Assembly: GCA_029838215.1 (NCBI GenBank)
Contig: JALGVI010000006.1
Location: 27,698-91,697, forward strand
Direction of reading: 5' to 3'
Source of the DNA: Candidatus Helarchaeota archaeon
GTDB lineage: Archaea > Asgardarchaeota > Lokiarchaeia > Helarchaeales > RDOG01
DNA length: 64,000 nucleotides
Below the pieces are notes generated by a model, which worked only from the letters and a program-made list of their open reading frames with translations, did no database searches and was not told the origin of the DNA. This document shows, one piece after another, positions 1-9,860 of this stretch (the stretch's first letter is position 1; each line of letters starts with the position of its first letter). Both the position numbers and the translations under genes were made by a program.

Positions 1-138
1 AGGATTAGGGAGGAAAAGGCACAGAAAGACATGAAACTTTCTGAATTAATTGACAGGATCAAAAAAGAGTTAGCCGACAAACCAAATAGACCTCTTCCGC
101 ATCCAAGACTTCTATCAACGCGCCCAAAGTTTTCATGA
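1..138 (+). CDS. 3' end of an unidentified gene (partial, runs off the window start)
   Basis: Frame open from base 1 to TGA at 136-138 (...KELADKPNRPLPHPRLLSTRPKFS*); no motif recognised. Confidence 0.3.
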   Translation, partial: RIREEKAQKDMKLSELIDRIKKELADKPNRPLPHPRLLSTRPKFS

Positions 139-257
139 TTTTTTCAAATTCATTTTTTTATATTAGTAAAATTCAAAAATCGTCAGATAGAAAACGATTA
201 ATGATAACTTACTTGTTTGTGATTTTTTATTACTAAATAAGAAGGCGAAGTTGAGCA

Positions 258-1880
258 ATGCCAGAAATTGATGAGTTGGAAAAAAAGATAAAAGAAAAAG
301 ACCGCCAAATTGAAGAGCTTCAAAAGATCAATTTCGATTCTCAAAACCTGCTAAAGAAATTATTAATGAGTGATGATCCGGAAATAAAACGGAAAACCCG
401 TCTTGAACTGGAGAAAGAGAAAGAGATCAAGAAGATAAAAGCCACGCTTGAAAAGAAAGAAAAAGTAATCGAAGATTTAAAGCAGGAATTTGAAAAATTT
501 AAAAAAGAGAAATTGGTCGAAGCAACGAAAGATGCGCAAGCCAAGATCATGAAGTCAGCCGTATCAAAGATTAAAGCTCTTCAAAAAGTGCTTGAAGAAA
601 AAAACGAAGAACTCATCGACTTGAGAAAAACAGTCAAGGACTGGAATAGAAAGTATTCGGATTTAGTAGTCAGGAATGAAGAAGAACTTTTCGAGAAAGA
701 ACGGGAAATTGAGAAGCTGGAAAAAGAATTCATATCATTTAAAGAAGAATTTGTATCAGAATTAAAAAATATTGAACGTGATGAAGAAATCATCAAGAAT
801 GCACAATTACAAGCAGAAATCACGAAACTTCAGAAGGAAAATGAAAAGTTAAATAAGAAATTAACAACCTTGCAGGAAAAAATTAATACTCTTGAATCGA
901 CCATTAAATCAAAAGATGAGGGAATCAAGGCTTTAGAAGCAAAACTAGATGCAAAAGAGCAGACATTGAATGCACTTCTTCTCGCAAAAGATTCGAATGA
1001 GGACCTACAGCAAGGTCTACAAGAAATGAGAAAAGAATTAGAAAGGGATTTGGAAATTCGAATGCAAGAATTGGAAGGAACGAGACAAGACATCATCTAT
1101 TGCTGCACGGAACTTGCACGCATTCCAAATCTTTCGGACGACGAAATAGAAGATTACCTTGATGATCTATTATTGATAAGCACGAAAGAAGAGCGACTCG
1201 CCGAAATAGAAAAAATAAGACGTTTGAGGACGGGAGAGCCAATGGAAACTGAGATCGAAACGATACCGAACGAGACATCCCAACCCTTAAAAAATGAATT
1301 GTTGGCTCAGAAAGAACAATTAACGCACGTTGCCACTCAATCAAGTCATGATGATGGAACGGTCTTATCAGGAAATGCTGAGGTCGATGCAGAATTAAAA
1401 CAATTAGATAATGAGCTAGATCAATTATTGGAAACAACGGAATCAAAAGAGAAAGTGACGATTGAAAACGAACCACTATTAAAACCTTCTGAGATCTTGG
1501 CACAAATCCAAGGAGTTCGAGATCTCCCTCAACATAAGTCCGAGAAAAAAGATGAAGAAGAACCCGAATTGCTTACAAATGCACCTTATCCGAGTCCAGC
1601 AGTGAAAAAAGAAGATCACCGGGAACTCTTGAAACCAGTTGAATCCGAAGAACCCGAAGAAGAATTGCTAACGAATAAACCCTTATTTGAGATTGCAAAA
1701 GAAGAAGAATCATCAAATACTAAAGAAGCAGAATTATTGGCACAAATCAAGGAAAGAATTCCCGAGATTGGGGATGATGAGGCAGAAACACTAATGAGAG
1801 ATCTCATTGATGAAATTCCTTCAATCCAAAAGGAAAAAATTGAGTTTTATCGAATGACAAAACAAATAGAATCAAATTAA
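258..1880 (+). CDS. Long coiled-coil protein, E/K-rich, with an acidic C-terminal region
   Basis: 540-aa ORF with heptad-like E/K/L composition over ~280 aa. C-terminal half has repeated EEPE(E)LLTN and AELLAQIKE/SEILAQIQ motifs. No catalytic motif seen. Confidence 0.6.
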   Translation: MPEIDELEKKIKEKDRQIEELQKINFDSQNLLKKLLMSDDPEIKRKTRLELEKEKEIKKIKATLEKKEKVIEDLKQEFEKFKKEKLVEATKDAQAKIMKSAVSKIKALQKVLEEKNEELIDLRKTVKDWNRKYSDLVVRNEEELFEKEREIEKLEKEFISFKEEFVSELKNIERDEEIIKNAQLQAEITKLQKENEKLNKKLTTLQEKINTLESTIKSKDEGIKALEAKLDAKEQTLNALLLAKDSNEDLQQGLQEMRKELERDLEIRMQELEGTRQDIIYCCTELARIPNLSDDEIEDYLDDLLLISTKEERLAEIEKIRRLRTGEPMETEIETIPNETSQPLKNELLAQKEQLTHVATQSSHDDGTVLSGNAEVDAELKQLDNELDQLLETTESKEKVTIENEPLLKPSEILAQIQGVRDLPQHKSEKKDEEEPELLTNAPYPSPAVKKEDHRELLKPVESEEPEEELLTNKPLFEIAKEEESSNTKEAELLAQIKERIPEIGDDEAETLMRDLIDEIPSIQKEKIEFYRMTKQIESN

Positions 1881-1923
1881 ATTAATCATTGAAGAACGAG
1901 CTTCAATACAAGCCCGAATTCAA

Positions 1924-3168
1924 TCATTCAAGAGGAGGAAGGGTCTCTTTAAAAATCGTGAGTCCCAAAACGAACGCCGTGATGGCAAATACAATTACTA
2001 TAATTAAAACGAAGAGAAGGGGCACTCCAAAAATTAAGAAAGGAATGATGATGAATGGTGTCGCGAAAGACCCAATTTCATTTAAGAAACGAAAAATGCC
2101 GTACGTGAAACCGCGCTTATTCTTAGGTGTGAGATCGGTCCAAACGCTCTCCACGCTGCTTCTCATAAATGAACTGGAACCTGCAGTTGCAAACACCAAT
2201 AGAAAAATGGCGAGCGGAGCTGAAATCGCAAATGTCATCAAAGTTCCAAACGTGAAAAGCATCATGAACGCAAAAATAGTCACCAAAAAACTTCCGATAA
2301 GAGCAGAAACTTTACGACCTTTCTTATCGGAAATGTATCCAGCAACGATAAAAAATAACATCAACCCGAGGATTGAAGCGATGGTAACGAAAATATCTTC
2401 AGAATCAGCAGGAATTAACAATAAAGGGAGCATTAGAGGAAGCGTGGTTGCAATAAAGCCCGTTTCAATGCTTTCCACGCTATAAGCAAATCCAAGAGTG
2501 GGGATTAAATTTCGTTGCAAGATTAGGTCCTTGTAGGAGACATCTGCCTTATATGATTCATCGGTGGGAAGAGTTTCAGGTATTTTAAAATGTGCAATTA
2601 GAGTTCCGACGATACCAAGAACAAAACTGATGAGAAAAATGATGGTTTCAACCATGATTGGAATGATATTTTTTAAGACGAGTGAAATGACACCACCAAT
2701 TAATATTCCAACGATGTAAAGAGCATCACAATAGCTTTCTGCTTGACCGACTTTGTGATATTTTTCTGCAATATCACCTGCTAAGATGTTGAAACTTGTC
2801 ATCATGAAACCACGATGCAATCCAAACACCAAAAACCCAGCGATTGCAAGGGCGATTCCAGCAAAATTAGTAAGAAAAAAACAGAATGCCGCCAAAATGC
2901 TCAGGCTGCAACCGAGTACTAAAGTAAGTTTACGTCCTTTCAGATCGGCTAAATATCCAGTTGCAGGAGAAGCCACGCCCTTCATTAGCACGTGAAAACC
3001 CGTGATCAAAAAAACGAAAATCCAACCGTCGTAATTTATATTTCCACCGAAACTTGATACGAAAAGAGATGCCAAATATGGGCTTATCATGGCAAGCATG
3101 AGACCCATTGGTAGTCCAAAAATGATATTACAATAAAAAGAACTTGCGATTTCTCGATAATAAGTCAT
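1924..3168 (-). CDS. MFS-type transporter
   Basis: 414 aa with ~12 hydrophobic spans. MFS motif-A-like loops GYLADLKGRKLTL and GYISDKKGRKVSAL, one in each half. Confidence 0.7.
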   Translation of the reverse strand: MTYYREIASSFYCNIIFGLPMGLMLAMISPYLASLFVSSFGGNINYDGWIFVFLITGFHVLMKGVASPATGYLADLKGRKLTLVLGCSLSILAAFCFFLTNFAGIALAIAGFLVFGLHRGFMMTSFNILAGDIAEKYHKVGQAESYCDALYIVGILIGGVISLVLKNIIPIMVETIIFLISFVLGIVGTLIAHFKIPETLPTDESYKADVSYKDLILQRNLIPTLGFAYSVESIETGFIATTLPLMLPLLLIPADSEDIFVTIASILGLMLFFIVAGYISDKKGRKVSALIGSFLVTIFAFMMLFTFGTLMTFAISAPLAIFLLVFATAGSSSFMRSSVESVWTDLTPKNKRGFTYGIFRFLNEIGSFATPFIIIPFLIFGVPLLFVLIIVIVFAITAFVLGLTIFKETLPPLE

Positions 3169-3280
3169 TTAAGCCCAATCCTCAAGATTTTACTGTAAAA
3201 CAGAATAAAAAATTAAACCAGGCTGCTTGAAAGCTAATAACAATGTCTTTATTAATGAGACTGTTTTAAATTTTTTTATC

Positions 3281-4225
3281 ATGCATCTAATTATCAACCC
3301 AAAATCTGGTAATGGACGAACCGAGAAACGATGGTCTAAAGAGATCCAACCGTTATTAGACGAAGCAGGACTCAAGTATTCTTTTGAGATGACAGAATAT
3401 CAAAATCATGCGACCGAATTGACGAGAATTGCAATAAAAAATGGTGAAAAATACATCATAGCCGTGGGTGGAGATGGGACTTTTAGTGAAGTTGTCAATG
3501 GTTTTTTTGAACATAACGAATTAATCAATCAGGACTGTGTCTTGGGACTCATTTCTAGTGGAACAGGTTCAGATAGCATAAGAACACTCGGGCATGAACG
3601 CGATTTTCCATCCCAAATTGAGATTCTAAAAAGCGGAATCGTGAAGAAAATAGACTTGGTAAAGGCAAAATACAAAGATTTTGATGGGAACGATACCACG
3701 CGAATTGGTTTTAACGTATTGGATGTAGGATTGGGAGGAGATGTCGTTGATAGAGTCAATCGGACCACAAAAGTCTTTGGTGGAAAATTTTCATTTTTAA
3801 TTGGTTCTATTAGAGGCATCCTACACCACAAACCCACGCGGGTACGTCTTATTTTCGATGACAATGAAGAAAACGCTTATGAATGCAATGCAAACCTTGT
3901 TGTCATTGGAAACGGCAAGTATTTTGGAGGAGGAATGATGGCCTGTCCACACGCAATTAATGATGATGGGTTATTAGATATCCTCACAGCCGAAGGACTT
4001 TCACGCATGCAATTATTAAAAAACATTGGGAAGTTATATTCAGGAGAACATTTGGGAGTACCGGGTATTAGAGAACATCCAAGATGTAAAAAAGTCCGAA
4101 TTGAAGCGGAAACACCCATATTTTTGGATATAGACGGAGAGCAAGTTGGAACAACCGACTGTGAATTTCAGATACTCCCAAAAATTCTAAACTTAAAAAC
4201 GATCAATTCATCGAATCAGTCATAA
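3281..4225 (+). CDS. Diacylglycerol/lipid kinase family protein (YegS/BmrU-like)
   Basis: N-terminus MHLIINPKSGNGR and the AVGGDGTFSEVVNG (GGDGT) DAGK catalytic motif. ORF opens at 3227, but ATG 3281 gives the canonical N-terminus. Confidence 0.75.
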   Translation: MHLIINPKSGNGRTEKRWSKEIQPLLDEAGLKYSFEMTEYQNHATELTRIAIKNGEKYIIAVGGDGTFSEVVNGFFEHNELINQDCVLGLISSGTGSDSIRTLGHERDFPSQIEILKSGIVKKIDLVKAKYKDFDGNDTTRIGFNVLDVGLGGDVVDRVNRTTKVFGGKFSFLIGSIRGILHHKPTRVRLIFDDNEENAYECNANLVVIGNGKYFGGGMMACPHAINDDGLLDILTAEGLSRMQLLKNIGKLYSGEHLGVPGIREHPRCKKVRIEAETPIFLDIDGEQVGTTDCEFQILPKILNLKTINSSNQS

Positions 4226-4248
4226 GATAGATCCGTTCTAAAAACAAA

Positions 4249-4256
4249 TTTTTTTT
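4249..4256 (+). terminator. Oligo-T tract (T8) downstream of the lipid kinase gene
   Basis: tttttttt lies 24 nt after the stop codon. Archaeal RNA polymerase terminates at oligo-T tracts (established). Confidence 0.35.
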
Positions 4257-4408
4257 CTATTTCGATGAGCAAATAATTTATATCTGAAATTGATAGTCAA
4301 AAGAGTAATACATGATGATCAAAAAACCGTGACATGATGATCAAATCACGTGAATATGATTCTAACCATAACTAAACGTATTTTGTAAGAATTCAAGGAG
4401 TTTATCAA

Positions 4409-6184
4409 ATGAAAACAAAAAATATTGGACTACACATTCATGAAGTTGCATTGAAACATCCAAAACAAAAAGCCATAATTCAAGGGGATAGAGTTTTAAC
4501 ATATAAGGAATTTGATGATAGAGTGAATGCCTTGGCTCATTTATTGACGAGTATTGGCGTAAAAAAAGGTGATCACGTGGCAGTTCTTCTATACAACTGC
4601 CCTGAATATCTTGAAATCTATAATGCTTGTTATAGAATTGGTGCAGCCGTTGCAGGAATTAATTATCGGTACAAACCTCCTGAGATTCTCTACATCATTA
4701 ATGATGCAAAACCCAAAGTTTTCATTCATGGAGAAGAATTCACGAGTTCCGTTAGACAAATAAAAAAAGATTGCAAGAGCGTTGAACATTTTCTAATCGT
4801 TGGATATGATACACCAGATGGCTACTTGAACTACGACAATGAATTGATAAAACACGTGGGAAAAGAGCTGCTAGCAATAGATTTAACAGAGGATGACAAG
4901 GCATTTCTGATTTATACGGGAGGAACGACAGGGACTCCAAAAGGAGCAGTTTGGACGCACAAGGCAGTAAATGCACTCATTAATACAGGGGGATTCATGC
5001 AATGGATGATTCCGATGTTCCGCCGTATCAAGGAAATGCCGCGCCAGATGCAAAAAAAATGTCTTAGAATGTTGCCATTTCCGTGGTTCTTGGGTGCATA
5101 TCCAATATTATCAATCCTCCAAACAGAAAAGAGAGTAAAGGAACTTAATGATAAGCTTTATGAAGGAGCCACTCAAAATTATCCGAAAGGCACGTTAGCA
5201 GGAAAAGCCATCATTAAAAATGTCATGCTCTGGCCACCGCCACTATTTCACATCTATGGTTGGCTCTCACACTTGGTAATTTTCGCGGGTTCGACCTTGG
5301 TCCTAACAAAAAGTAGGAGATATGATCCGCAAGAAGTATTCGAACTCGTCAGAAAACATAAGGTCACGTTCATGATGACTATTGGGGATAAAACAGCTCG
5401 AGCATTATTAAATGATCCAACATTAGACAAGAATAAAAAGTGGATCAACAAAAATGTCGTTGGAATCGTTTCAGGAGCAGCGATTTTCTCGGCTCAAACA
5501 AAGAAAAAATTATGGGAAGTTTTTCCAACATTAGGATTCTTGGATACAGTTGCTGCGACAGAGAGCATGCAACTCGTTCCTAAAGTTTACATTCCCGGAG
5601 ATCGTGTATCGTCAAATGAATTCACGCGGTTACCTCCCGACCAGATGCGGATTGTGAATGAGAAGGGTGAAGATGTTAAGCCCGGTGAAATGGGCGAAGG
5701 CTATTTCAAGGCAGGACCGACAATGAAAGAATATCTAGGAGCAAAAGAAAAAACGGCTAAAACAATAGTGGATGGCTGGATCCATAGCGGTGATTTGTAC
5801 AAGCTTAACGAAAACGGAAAGACAATCACCTTAATAGGGAGAATAAAGGAGACCATAAATACCGGGGGCGAAAAAATCCATCCGCCCGAAGTGGAAGACG
5901 TTCTTGAGAAGCATCCAAAAGTTCTCGAAGCTGTTGTCATTGGAATTCCCGACCCGGAGTGGGGACAATCTGCTTTAGCCCTGATAATTCTGAAGAAAAA
6001 ATATGAAAATGAAAAAAATGAGGAAACCAAAAAAGAACTCATAGAATTCGTGAAAAGCAAGTTGGCACGCTATAAAGCACCGCGATTCATTGAATTTGTT
6101 GATGCCTTTCCCACGAGTCCTGCAGGAAAGACCCTTCGGGGAAAACTGAAAAAGAAATATGAAAAATACGTAGAATTTGAGTAG
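4409..6184 (+). CDS. AMP-forming acyl-CoA synthetase/ligase (ANL superfamily)
   Basis: YTGGTTGTPKGA AMP-binding motif, GRIKETINTGGEKI, C-terminal PAGKTLRGKL. About 75 extra residues follow the P-loop compared with typical family members. Confidence 0.85.
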   Translation: MKTKNIGLHIHEVALKHPKQKAIIQGDRVLTYKEFDDRVNALAHLLTSIGVKKGDHVAVLLYNCPEYLEIYNACYRIGAAVAGINYRYKPPEILYIINDAKPKVFIHGEEFTSSVRQIKKDCKSVEHFLIVGYDTPDGYLNYDNELIKHVGKELLAIDLTEDDKAFLIYTGGTTGTPKGAVWTHKAVNALINTGGFMQWMIPMFRRIKEMPRQMQKKCLRMLPFPWFLGAYPILSILQTEKRVKELNDKLYEGATQNYPKGTLAGKAIIKNVMLWPPPLFHIYGWLSHLVIFAGSTLVLTKSRRYDPQEVFELVRKHKVTFMMTIGDKTARALLNDPTLDKNKKWINKNVVGIVSGAAIFSAQTKKKLWEVFPTLGFLDTVAATESMQLVPKVYIPGDRVSSNEFTRLPPDQMRIVNEKGEDVKPGEMGEGYFKAGPTMKEYLGAKEKTAKTIVDGWIHSGDLYKLNENGKTITLIGRIKETINTGGEKIHPPEVEDVLEKHPKVLEAVVIGIPDPEWGQSALALIILKKKYENEKNEETKKELIEFVKSKLARYKAPRFIEFVDAFPTSPAGKTLRGKLKKKYEKYVEFE

Positions 6185-6194
6185 TTGGTAAAAG

Positions 6195-7292
6195 ATGACT
6201 GTAAAATTGTGGAAAAAAGTCGCATCAAACGTCGTTAGGGGTGGAGCCATTCCGTTTCCGATAACAGACACGATCATTGAATTTCTACAAACGATAATGA
6301 CGGAAGAACAAGCAAGATTCCTCCTGATCTTCAAACGGGCTTCCTTGAATTTAGAACAAATAAAATCAAAGGTGGACATGAGCGAAAGCGACATTCTCAA
6401 GATGCTCGATTCTCTAATGAAGAATGGGATAATTTCGGGAACGAAAAGCCGTAGCAAAGGAATCATGGTTTATACGTTGATGCCGCCATTTCCAGGATTG
6501 ATCGAGTTTTCCTTGATGAAAGGAGAGATGGGCGAGAAACAAAAGAAATTGGCAAGAATCTTTGAGAAGTTGGTGGGAGAACTACGGGATGGAACACAAA
6601 AAGTTTATGATGAAGTAATGGAACAGATGAAGAACTTTCCACCATTTTCTCGTGTAGTTCCTGTTGAGGAATGCGTGCAACCGGGTCAAGAAATAGTTTT
6701 ACTCGCGGAAGACGTGTCCAAGCTCATAGATCATTACGAAACGATTGGTGTCGCTCATTGCTATTGCAAGCAGGAACGAACCTTGAATGGAGAACCATGT
6801 AAAGTTACTGATTCACGAGAACATTGCTTGTTATTTGGCAAGGCAGCCGAGTTTGCAACAGAACAGGGATTTGCCAGGAAGATCTCTCAAGAAGAAGCAA
6901 AGAAGATAATGAAAGAAAACGAAGATCTCGGATTGGTTCACAAGGTATTCCACGCTCAATTAAACATGAAAAAAGATATAGATGGGATTTGCAGCTGCTG
7001 TAAGTGTTGTTGCGGATTATTCCGTTTATATTATACGGGCGTCGCGCCATTTCATACGATGACGTCCTACATGGCAAGAATAAATGCCGATGAATGCGTT
7101 GGTTGCGGAACCTGCGTCGAAAAGTGCCCGATGGAAACTATCACCATAGAGGATAATTTAGCAGTCATTGGTCAAGAAAAGTGCATAGGATGCGGCGTGT
7201 GTGCACATCTTTGCCCACAAGGAGCCATAACCATAGACCGCACGGGTCCAAGAGAAGTGTTTCTCCTTCCTCCTAAAATCAATGCTGCCTAA
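6195..7292 (+). CDS. Winged-HTH-like N-terminus, Cys-rich core and 2x[4Fe-4S] ferredoxin domain protein
   Basis: CVGCGTCVEKCP and CIGCGVCAHLCP ferredoxin motifs, HCYCKQ...C...C, and the cluster CSCCKCCCGLF. Paralog of 25880..26971. Confidence 0.7.
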   Translation: MTVKLWKKVASNVVRGGAIPFPITDTIIEFLQTIMTEEQARFLLIFKRASLNLEQIKSKVDMSESDILKMLDSLMKNGIISGTKSRSKGIMVYTLMPPFPGLIEFSLMKGEMGEKQKKLARIFEKLVGELRDGTQKVYDEVMEQMKNFPPFSRVVPVEECVQPGQEIVLLAEDVSKLIDHYETIGVAHCYCKQERTLNGEPCKVTDSREHCLLFGKAAEFATEQGFARKISQEEAKKIMKENEDLGLVHKVFHAQLNMKKDIDGICSCCKCCCGLFRLYYTGVAPFHTMTSYMARINADECVGCGTCVEKCPMETITIEDNLAVIGQEKCIGCGVCAHLCPQGAITIDRTGPREVFLLPPKINAA

Positions 7293-7298
7293 CTTTTT

Positions 7299-8612
7299 TT
7301 AATCCTTTATCATTTCAATAAAGGCACCGATTCTGGTTTCGATTTGACCAAGATTTTCGTTCATGTTGTGAAATGAAATATCAACAATTGGCACGCCTAA
7401 CTCGATCAAGCGATCTTTAAAGAGCTTGTAAGCAGGCGTGAAGCTCTTGCACCCATACACGCTATTAAATATCACGCCATCAAGTTTCAAATCCTCGACG
7501 ATTTTCACCCAATGTTTTATCACGGTATTATTGTCAAGCCAATGCTCTGCAACGTTTATCAGGTATTTTGAATAATTTTCAATTGGATCGCCTGTTTCCT
7601 TTATGGGATCTAAAACACCCAGTGAAACCCAATCCGCAAATAGGAGTCTACCGCCCAGATTACTTGTAATGGTCATTATTTCGGGTTCGAAGCCCCCAAA
7701 CATTGGGGCATGGAGGATTTTTGGCACGTCTGAAAGGTCTTTTTTACTATCACGTTTTAATTCCTTGGCCAGGTTCATCATTAATCGATCAAAATACTTG
7801 GAGCCTCTTCCCAGACGGTCTGGATAACCGAAATGTATCATTGAAAGAACGTAGATGAAAGCACGCGGATCAAGTGCTGTTATATCCTGAGCCCATATTT
7901 TAAGGATTTCAAGATAATTCCGTGATATTGAGTTATGAAGCTTGATTTCATCTCGAAGTGCTTCTTCAGAAAAAGGACGTTTTGTAAATTGTTCGATCTC
8001 TTTAATAACGCGTCGGACTTCGCTAATTTGATAAGGCAGGCTTTCTTCATTAATCTCTTGGGGAATATCAAGAAAAGTTAATGGCGTTGCACCAGCACAA
8101 TCTTGAAAGAATTTAGTGAACCATCCGCATCTAGTACCATATCCAATGGAAAAATCAATATTTTTATAATGCTTCATCAAAGCACCATAATACACGCGCG
8201 TTCCAAAGCAGGCATCCATTGGAAAATTATTGTCATCGGATGATTTTATGTATTCACGGTAATTTTTCCAAAGTCCTCCAAGAATGCCTTCTTCAGCCAT
8301 TTTATCAAGGTATGGCTTGGCTATTGTCATATTAAGCAAACCTAAACCTCGAACTAGCGAGCGCCCCCCTAGGAGTGATCTTGCTAACCGCATCAATCGA
8401 AGTTCATTATCTGCAACGAAACTTCCCAATCGATACATCGATATAGATGTACAACCAGCAGCTTCTAGTAATTCTGTTCCTGGTGGAAGGATGATTGAGC
8501 AGGTGGTTTTGCCTCGGGTTTTTGCCATTCGAACCTGTTTTTCACCAGAATAATAATCCAACATTAATGTTAACGTGTGTTCCCGGAGAAAATTATCTAT
8601 AAGATCAGTCAT
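7299..8612 (-). CDS. 2-hydroxyacyl-CoA dehydratase / benzoyl-CoA reductase B/C-like subunit (HGD-D family)
   Basis: 437 aa. N-terminal ...LPPGTELLEAAGCTSI... and C-terminal ...VYGCKSFTP... resemble HgdA/B-type subunits. 4-nt ATGA overlap with the upstream partner gene. Confidence 0.65.
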   Translation of the reverse strand: MTDLIDNFLREHTLTLMLDYYSGEKQVRMAKTRGKTTCSIILPPGTELLEAAGCTSISMYRLGSFVADNELRLMRLARSLLGGRSLVRGLGLLNMTIAKPYLDKMAEEGILGGLWKNYREYIKSSDDNNFPMDACFGTRVYYGALMKHYKNIDFSIGYGTRCGWFTKFFQDCAGATPLTFLDIPQEINEESLPYQISEVRRVIKEIEQFTKRPFSEEALRDEIKLHNSISRNYLEILKIWAQDITALDPRAFIYVLSMIHFGYPDRLGRGSKYFDRLMMNLAKELKRDSKKDLSDVPKILHAPMFGGFEPEIMTITSNLGGRLLFADWVSLGVLDPIKETGDPIENYSKYLINVAEHWLDNNTVIKHWVKIVEDLKLDGVIFNSVYGCKSFTPAYKLFKDRLIELGVPIVDISFHNMNENLGQIETRIGAFIEMIKD

Positions 8613-9673
8613 TCAAGCATCTCCCTGAAAGCTTCTAAACGGGTCGTTATCTGCCCCGTACTTTGAGTATAGTCGCGTTCTAATTCTAGAACGGCAAAAT
8701 CTTCATTCTTTAATTGATTTTTGACCGAATGTTTTGTTCCAACATAAGGATCACAAAACTTCAGCACGTGTAAGATAATACCTTTTATTTGCAGGCTTTT
8801 TGCCTGCGAGATGAGTTTTTGAACTCTTTGCGTTGTATCGAACATTCTAGACGAATAATGTTCGCTCAAATAGAAGTTGGCTAACGATTCAAGCGAGTCT
8901 CCACCAGGGACTGCGTTTTCGTGATAAAAAATTGATTCGGAATCGTTGTATTTGATGAAAAATCCACATTCTTCTATGACATTTAAAATGGGATCACCAA
9001 AACCAACATATGAACCAGTAAAAGCGATCTCAGGATCGCCCGAGGATTGCTTTTCAGCATCTCGTTCGTAATCATTAAGGCGTTGAAGAAGTCTTTCGGG
9101 ACCTAGTAAATAAAACTCGTTTAAAATATCCTGAAAATCAGCACCCATTCCAAATTCTAAAGCATGTTTGTGAAGTTTTTCCCGAATCTGATTGTAAAGA
9201 TTCATGGACTGATGAATTTGTTCTTGCGAAATTTGCACGTTCAACGTTTTTTCGAGATTCTTTTTTAAATTTTGGAGAGACGTGCGATAAAATTGAATGG
9301 CTTTGGGATTGTTCACCCAAGGAATCGGCAAACGGATTAGCGGTATGTTAAAATATTTCGTAATGTACTCGGATCCACAAAGATCACCGTTGCAATAATT
9401 GCCACCAATAAATGCATCAATAAGTGAGAGAAATTCGTGTCCTTCTTCTAAAAAACCAAGGATAGATCTTGTAAGTGGGCAAGTAATTGCCGTTAAATAT
9501 TCCATTCCTTTCATGCAGATTTCTTCGGATCCAGAAAAACTGATGCGCATGGGTAGTGCCCCACTGGCGTGAATGATTTCTTCAGGAACCATTTGATGAG
9601 CCATGATGCCCACGATCTTGGTGCCATTTTCTTTTTTCTGCTTTAATTCTTCCAAAATTTCTAATTTATCCAA
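8609..9673 (-). CDS. 2-hydroxyacyl-CoA dehydratase subunit (HGD-D family)
   Basis: KIVGIMAHQMVPEEIIHASGALPMRI, LTAITCPLTRS, GGNYCNGDLCG, LKFCDPYVG: typical HgdA/B-like Cys-bearing blocks. Confidence 0.7.
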   Translation of the reverse strand: MDKLEILEELKQKKENGTKIVGIMAHQMVPEEIIHASGALPMRISFSGSEEICMKGMEYLTAITCPLTRSILGFLEEGHEFLSLIDAFIGGNYCNGDLCGSEYITKYFNIPLIRLPIPWVNNPKAIQFYRTSLQNLKKNLEKTLNVQISQEQIHQSMNLYNQIREKLHKHALEFGMGADFQDILNEFYLLGPERLLQRLNDYERDAEKQSSGDPEIAFTGSYVGFGDPILNVIEECGFFIKYNDSESIFYHENAVPGGDSLESLANFYLSEHYSSRMFDTTQRVQKLISQAKSLQIKGIILHVLKFCDPYVGTKHSVKNQLKNEDFAVLELERDYTQSTGQITTRLEAFREMLE

Positions 9674-9860
9674 GCAATCACTTCAAGAACTGATTTTGAG
9701 CAATAATTCAATCGAGTTAGACAAAATTTTGTCTAGCACTAAAATAAATTGGACCTTAAAATACTTTTTACTTAGAATGTTTCATGACAATTACAAGAGA
9801 TTCTAATAAAATCTTGCATTTGTTTGAATTATAACAAAATCTAGCCTTGAAGATGATAAA

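Noticed and set aside
1889-2485. 198-aa plus-strand ORF
   Set aside because: It lies entirely antisense to the MFS transporter gene, which has clear family motifs. Its composition is typical of a shadow ORF.
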